NCBI GenBank assembly: GCA_965214095.1
Contig: OZ243938.1
Coordinates: 4,192,001 to 4,256,000 of the forward strand
Length of the DNA: 64,000 nucleotides
From: Candidatus Poribacteria bacterium
GTDB lineage: Bacteria; Poribacteria; WGA-4E; WGA-3G
Direction: 5' to 3'
Positions 58,786 through 64,000 of the stretch are shown here, one piece after another. Under the pieces are notes generated by a model. It did not search any database. It had not been told where the DNA came from and worked only from the letters and a program-made list of their open reading frames with translations. The position numbers and the translations under genes were made by a program. The number at the start of each line of letters is the position of its first letter. Positions within the stretch are counted from its first letter, which is position 1.

Positions 58786-59862
58786 TTAGTATTCAAAAGG
58801 AAAGGTAACAGGCGCACCGTTGTTGGCACAGGAACGTCCCATAGCAACGTCAATTTCTCTGTCTTTACGTCCATTATATGCACCATATTCCGGTTCCGTG
58901 TCATTGCGGACAGCATTTGCAATGCTCATAAGTTCAGAGGCAACTGTGATTTCTCCATCACTCAGTGGATAATACTGCAATGGGTTTTCCCATACAACTT
59001 CTGGGTCTGTATCAGCAACAAGTGCAGCAGTTGTTTCATAACCATCAACATTATTCGTTTTACGTGTAATCGTTACAGGACGTTGTGCATCAGCAGCCTC
59101 ATTTAGAATTACAGCATCGTCGCGAAAACACATACCGCGTTCAGCATAAAACTTCGTTCCATTAAAACCGCGTAGTGGAGACCCGTAAGAAAGGCTGGAA
59201 AAGTTGAATATACCAACTGCACCATCTGCAAATTCAATGACTGTATGTAACCAATCCTCTTTCTTTCGGATTGGTTGTCCCTTTCGCCATTCGTGTTCTT
59301 GAACGCTATACGATTTGTTGAAACCGTATACTTGTGTAGGTTCATTGTCAAAACCTACGTAACTGCGGATCAGTCCAATGCCGTGATAGCCGTGACCACG
59401 AAAGTCATTGTAAGCAACGTTTACCTTACCGAATACACCATTGAGGATCATCTCTCGTTTAATTCGCTCAGATGGACGACGATAATAGTTCTCGTTAACC
59501 TCCAACTTTGTGCCGTGTTCTTTGGCTGCTTCAATCATCATGTCTGCACGTTTAAGGTCGGTGTTAATCGGTGTTTCAGTACAATAACTTATCCCGTGTT
59601 GGGAACAGAGAAGTCCGGGCACGTGATTATTGCTTGGTGTTATCACGATGGAGCATACATCTGGATTTTCCTTTTTCAACATCTCTTCGGTATCAGTATA
59701 GGCTGGAACATCATACTTTGATCCCTGTTCTGTGACTTTTACTTCGTGAACATCACAGACGGCAACAAGTTGTAAATCTTGAGATAATTTAGAAATAAGT
59801 GGTAGATATGTATTCGTTCCACGGTTACCAGTTCCGATATGTGCAATTTTGACTTTATCCAT
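58786..59862 (-). CDS. Gfo/Idh/MocA family oxidoreductase
   Basis: KIAHIGTGNRG, VAVCD, CTETP (EKP-like) and ENYY motifs. Confidence 0.85.
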   Translation of the reverse strand: MDKVKIAHIGTGNRGTNTYLPLISKLSQDLQLVAVCDVHEVKVTEQGSKYDVPAYTDTEEMLKKENPDVCSIVITPSNNHVPGLLCSQHGISYCTETPINTDLKRADMMIEAAKEHGTKLEVNENYYRRPSERIKREMILNGVFGKVNVAYNDFRGHGYHGIGLIRSYVGFDNEPTQVYGFNKSYSVQEHEWRKGQPIRKKEDWLHTVIEFADGAVGIFNFSSLSYGSPLRGFNGTKFYAERGMCFRDDAVILNEAADAQRPVTITRKTNNVDGYETTAALVADTDPEVVWENPLQYYPLSDGEITVASELMSIANAVRNDTEPEYGAYNGRKDREIDVAMGRSCANNGAPVTFPFEY

Positions 59863-59998
59863 CTTATTCTCCTCCAAAGGACTCTACTTGTCAGTAAAAA
59901 CTATTAGACATAGTCACTATTAGCTGCTAATATACCTGTGAGACTATTTTAGCAATTGTTAATCTGAAAAGCAACTGTTTACGTAAAGGAATCACAGC

Positions 59999-61186
59999 AT
60001 GGCAGGTCCATTGGATGGAATAAAGGTATTAGATTTAACAAGAGTTCTTGCTGGACCTTATGCAACGATGATTCTCGGTGATCTCGGAGCCGATGTCATA
60101 AAAATTGAACAACCAGAGACGGGAGATGAATCAAGAAACTTTGGCCCCTTTAAAAACGGATTTAGTCTCTATTTCATGAGTGTAAACCGTGGCAAACGCA
60201 GTGTAACACTAAATCTGAAAACAGAACGTGGTAAAACCATATTCAAACAACTTGTTCAACAGAACGACATAATAGTTGAAAACTTCCGTCCAGGAACTAT
60301 GAAAAAACTGGGTTTGGATTACGATACGCTTTCCGTTGAAAATCCGAAATTGATATATGCTTCCTGTTCAGGCTTTGGACAAACCGGACCTTATGCTGAA
60401 AAGGGTGCGTATGATATGATTATCCAAGGAATGGGTGGAATTATCAGTATAACAGGAGAACCTGATGCATCTCCTGTCAGAGTTGGTACATCTATCAGTG
60501 ATATTACTGCTGCACTCTTTACAACAATCGGTATTCTGTCCGCACTCCATCATCGCAACTCAACAGGTAAAGGTCAGTATATTGATGTTGCAATGTTAGA
60601 CAGTCTTGTAGCCGTATTGGAGAATGCGATTGTGCGTTATGCTGCGACGGGTGATAATCCGCAACCGCTTGGTAGCAGACACCCTGTAATAACGCCATTT
60701 GAAGCATTCAAATCTGCAGATGGACATATTATCATCGCCATCGGAAACGATGTTCTGTGGTCAAAATTCTGTGAATTTGTTGAACGGAAAGACCTGATTA
60801 CAGACCCGCGTTTCAGCACGAATAACAAACGCACCGATAATCACGATGAACTACATCCAATTCTCTCAGAGATTATGTGTCGGAGGACAACAGATGTGTG
60901 GATTGAAGCACTTGAAAATATAGGGGTACCCTGCGGTCCTATCAATACTATTGATAAAGTAGTCAATCATCCACAGGTGCAGGCAAGAGAGATGATAACA
61001 GAGGTGGTACACCAACTCACAGGCTCAGTAGAAGTGCCGGGTGTTCCGATAAAACTTTCTGATACACCCGGAAATGTAGATGCACCAGCACCTAATCTCG
61101 GTGAGCATACTGACGAAGTGTTAATTAAGGACTTGAATTTGACAAGAAATGAAGTAGAATTATTGAGACTTGAAGGGATTGTATAA
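59999..61186 (+). CDS. CaiB/BaiF family III CoA-transferase
   Basis: PLDGIKVLDL, LGADVIKIE, NRGKRS, ENFRPG and APNLGEHT motifs. Confidence 0.95.
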   Translation: MAGPLDGIKVLDLTRVLAGPYATMILGDLGADVIKIEQPETGDESRNFGPFKNGFSLYFMSVNRGKRSVTLNLKTERGKTIFKQLVQQNDIIVENFRPGTMKKLGLDYDTLSVENPKLIYASCSGFGQTGPYAEKGAYDMIIQGMGGIISITGEPDASPVRVGTSISDITAALFTTIGILSALHHRNSTGKGQYIDVAMLDSLVAVLENAIVRYAATGDNPQPLGSRHPVITPFEAFKSADGHIIIAIGNDVLWSKFCEFVERKDLITDPRFSTNNKRTDNHDELHPILSEIMCRRTTDVWIEALENIGVPCGPINTIDKVVNHPQVQAREMITEVVHQLTGSVEVPGVPIKLSDTPGNVDAPAPNLGEHTDEVLIKDLNLTRNEVELLRLEGIV

Positions 61187-61244
61187 TCAAACAGTCATCC
61201 TTTTTTGGGATGCTTTAATATATATATATACAAGCGAGAAGATT

Positions 61245-63500
61245 ATGTCAAATGAAAATGTTCAAGTATTAGAAGGAACAACACTACTCACTCTTGAGGG
61301 TAACCTGTCGGCACAAATGGTTGAAGACCTTAACAACTATGTGACTCAGACTATTGAGACAAGTGCAGAAAACCGCCACGCTATGTGGAATCGGAACTAT
61401 AATTCTCACGATGCTTATGCAGAATCTGTTGAACCGAACAGACAACGATTCATAAAGCAGATTGGGTGCTATGATGACCGATTACCTATAGATGAACTTA
61501 CATTCATAGGAACAACAAAAGCAACAGCACACATTGGAAAAGGTGAGAACTTTACCATATCACGAGTTCGCTGGCAGGTGTTTGACGAAGTTGAAGGGGA
61601 AGGACTGCTCTTAGAACCCATGAAAAATGTTCCTGTCGTTGCACAGATAGTGGCTTTACCCGATGCGGATTGGACTCCTGAGATGATTACTGGTATTACA
61701 GCAGAACTACCATCCTCCGCACAGTTCGCAAGACATTTAGCACATGCAGGATGCCGTGTTGTAATTCCTGTTCTTATCAATCGTGAGGATACATACTCAG
61801 GAAACCCCAAAATCGGTACCAATACCAATCAGCCGCATCGTGAGTTCATCTACCGAATGGCATACCAAATGGGGCGACACATCATTGGCTATGAAGTTCA
61901 AAAAGTCTTATCTCTCGTTGACTGGATGTCATCGTTTAATGCCCCTATCGGAGTTATTGGATACGGAGAAGGTGGATTGGTCGCATTTCATAGTGCAGCT
62001 GTGGATACTCGGATAAAGTCAACGGTCGTCAGTGGATACTTTCAATCACGGCAAGATGTTTGGCGTGAGCCCATCTACAGAAATGTGTGGGGGTTGTTAC
62101 ACGAATTTGGTGATGCAGAGATTGCAAGTCTCATTGCACCGCGAAACCTAATCATAGAAACGAGTCGGGGACCAGAGGTGATGGGTCCACCCGCAGCACG
62201 AGATGGTCATAGGGGTGCAGCTCCAGGGCAACTTGTCTCTCCACCAAAGAAATCGGCTGAAAATGAATACAATCGTGCCTGCACAGTTTTTCAGGAACTT
62301 GATTGTGCTGATAATATAAATCTTATCAATCCAGATGATGATTCACCAGGTTCCGAAGAGACATTGACCACATTCTTGGCAAGCATCACCAAGGATGAAT
62401 TTCATATTGACAAACGCAGGACTCTTTCCGCGATCGTTGAAGAGTCCTTTGATCACGATGCACGTCAACAACGGCAATTTATCCAACTCGTTAATCTAAC
62501 ACAACGGTTTCTGCGAGAAGCCGAAACACGTCGTGGGACATTCTTCTGGAATAAAACAGATACATCCTCATTAGACAAGTGGGAAGAAACTTGTGTAGAA
62601 ATGAAGAACTATTTCTGGGATGAGGTCATTGGTAGATGTCCCCCACCTGATGTACCAGCGAATCCGAGAACGCGTCTAATTTATGATGAACCTAAATTCA
62701 AAGGTTATGAAGTTGTTTTAGATGTCTATAAAGATGTCTTTGCTTACGGGATTTTGCTACTGCCAAACGATCTTAAGCAGGATGAAAGACGACCAGTTGT
62801 CGTTTGCCAACACGGATTAGGAGGTAGAGCACAAGATACAGCCGACCCGAGCATCAATTCGGTTTATCATTCTTATGCCGCACAGTTAGCAGATCGGGGT
62901 TTCATTACCTACGCGCCACAAAATCCATATATTGGTGGTGATGCTTTTCGTGTAATACAACGCAAAGCAAATCCGATCAAATGGTCGCTTTTCTCGTTGA
63001 TCATTCGTCAACATGAACGTACACTTGACTGGTTAGCAGAACTGCCTTATGTTGATGAAGACCGAATCGGTTTTTATGGATTATCTTATGGTGGTAAGAC
63101 TGCCATGCGAGTACCAGCCGTCCTTGAAAGATATGCATGTTCTATTTGCTCTGCCGATTTCAACGAATGGATTGTGAAGAATGCTACTTTTGATTCACGG
63201 TATAGTTACATGTTCACGGGTGAGTATGAGATGCCAGAGTTCGATTTAGGTAACACATTCAACTATGCGGAGATGGCAGGACTCATTGCACCACGTCCGT
63301 TTATGGTGGAGCGAGGACATGATGATGGTGTGGCTCCCGATGAGTGGGTGGCGCATGAATTCGCAAGAGTACGTAGACTCTATGTGCGTCTCGGTATTGC
63401 GGATAAGACTGAAATTGAGTTTTTTGATGGTGGACATCAGATTAATTCCGACAAGACATTCCAATTTTTGCATAGACATCTTAATTTTCCACAACCATAG
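61245..63500 (+). CDS. Tandem alpha/beta-hydrolase (dienelactone-hydrolase-like) protein
   Basis: Two hydrolase modules: GYGEGG (no Ser) and GLSYGG, followed by ERGHDD and FDGGH. Confidence 0.75.
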   Translation: MSNENVQVLEGTTLLTLEGNLSAQMVEDLNNYVTQTIETSAENRHAMWNRNYNSHDAYAESVEPNRQRFIKQIGCYDDRLPIDELTFIGTTKATAHIGKGENFTISRVRWQVFDEVEGEGLLLEPMKNVPVVAQIVALPDADWTPEMITGITAELPSSAQFARHLAHAGCRVVIPVLINREDTYSGNPKIGTNTNQPHREFIYRMAYQMGRHIIGYEVQKVLSLVDWMSSFNAPIGVIGYGEGGLVAFHSAAVDTRIKSTVVSGYFQSRQDVWREPIYRNVWGLLHEFGDAEIASLIAPRNLIIETSRGPEVMGPPAARDGHRGAAPGQLVSPPKKSAENEYNRACTVFQELDCADNINLINPDDDSPGSEETLTTFLASITKDEFHIDKRRTLSAIVEESFDHDARQQRQFIQLVNLTQRFLREAETRRGTFFWNKTDTSSLDKWEETCVEMKNYFWDEVIGRCPPPDVPANPRTRLIYDEPKFKGYEVVLDVYKDVFAYGILLLPNDLKQDERRPVVVCQHGLGGRAQDTADPSINSVYHSYAAQLADRGFITYAPQNPYIGGDAFRVIQRKANPIKWSLFSLIIRQHERTLDWLAELPYVDEDRIGFYGLSYGGKTAMRVPAVLERYACSICSADFNEWIVKNATFDSRYSYMFTGEYEMPEFDLGNTFNYAEMAGLIAPRPFMVERGHDDGVAPDEWVAHEFARVRRLYVRLGIADKTEIEFFDGGHQINSDKTFQFLHRHLNFPQP

Positions 63501-63510
63501 AAAGAGTTAG

Positions 63511-64000
63511 ATGATATATTCTATTTTCGTAACTGCGGGGTTGGAAAACCTTGCCAGACAAGAGATCACCGCACGTTACGGTGATACTAAACAATTCAAA
63601 ATTATCCTGCGGAAACCGCAACGTATTGTATTTCAATACACGGGAAATCCGAAAGATTTACTGTCTCTTAGGACAGCTGAGTGTCTATTTCTCGTCATTA
63701 AACACATTCCCAAGATGACCCGTTCGCGCCGTTCACTTACTGCTATCCGTAGTTTTCTCAACAGAAACAACTTTACTCATGCAATAAATGTCTGTCGTCA
63801 GGTTGGAATTCGTGTTCGGAAACGGATTTCATTTCGTGTCATTAGTCGCATGTCGGGATTACGAAATTTTCAAAAAAAGGATCTTCAGCAGATTGTAGAG
63901 AGATCGTTGGTTGATAAAGGCTGGTATCTGTCTCATTCGGACTCAGGATTAGATGTTTGGACTGAGGTGCATGGGGATGATGCGTATATCAGCATTCGCC
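63511..64000 (+). CDS. THUMP-domain RNA methyltransferase (RlmL/Trm14-like), partial
   Basis: Manual translation MIYSIFVTAGLENLARQEI...LLSLRTAE...SFRVISRMSG is open to the window end. Confidence 0.6.
   Translation, partial: MIYSIFVTAGLENLARQEITARYGDTKQFKIILRKPQRIVFQYTGNPKDLLSLRTAECLFLVIKHIPKMTRSRRSLTAIRSFLNRNNFTHAINVCRQVGIRVRKRISFRVISRMSGLRNFQKKDLQQIVERSLVDKGWYLSHSDSGLDVWTEVHGDDAYISIR

Noticed and set aside
63535-63560. GCGGGGTTGGAAAACCTTGCC as a REP copy
   Set aside because: It lies in frame within the conserved start (TAGLENLA) of the THUMP methyltransferase.

Overview
Low-GC (roughly 40% by eye) bacterial chromosomal segment. The gene content (WD40 lipoprotein, three PhyH paralogues, Gfo/Idh/MocA oxidoreductases, vWA/DUF4159 cluster, AAA-PD-(D/E)XK paralogues) resembles Candidatus Poribacteria; this is inference only. 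Core genes include tRNA-Pro(GGG), hom, yceD-rpmF-fabHDG-acpP-fabF-folK, aroQ, degP and a divergent stand-alone EF-G. The mobilome is the most informative part. (1) A non-autonomous IsrB (HNH-less IscB, OMEGA) element at 27751-29016 has a compact omega-RNA, ends consistent with IS200/IS605 guide/cleavage rules, an ATGA TAM and an apparent ATC start codon. (2) An IS605 tnpA-tnpB element at 37779-39713 is inserted at a TCAC that was a host stop codon, and its left-end hairpin is split by a 113-bp REP-carrying MITE. (3) An IS4-family element with a 20-bp target duplication interrupts a gene. (4) Several unrelated TTA-flanked MITE families each carry a GTAG-type REP hairpin, and two inverted copies of one family bracket a secreted metallophosphoesterase gene. 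A tandem AAA-ATPase/nuclease duplication differs mainly in one sharply bounded 67-codon block. All product calls come from motif recognition by eye, not from database searches.
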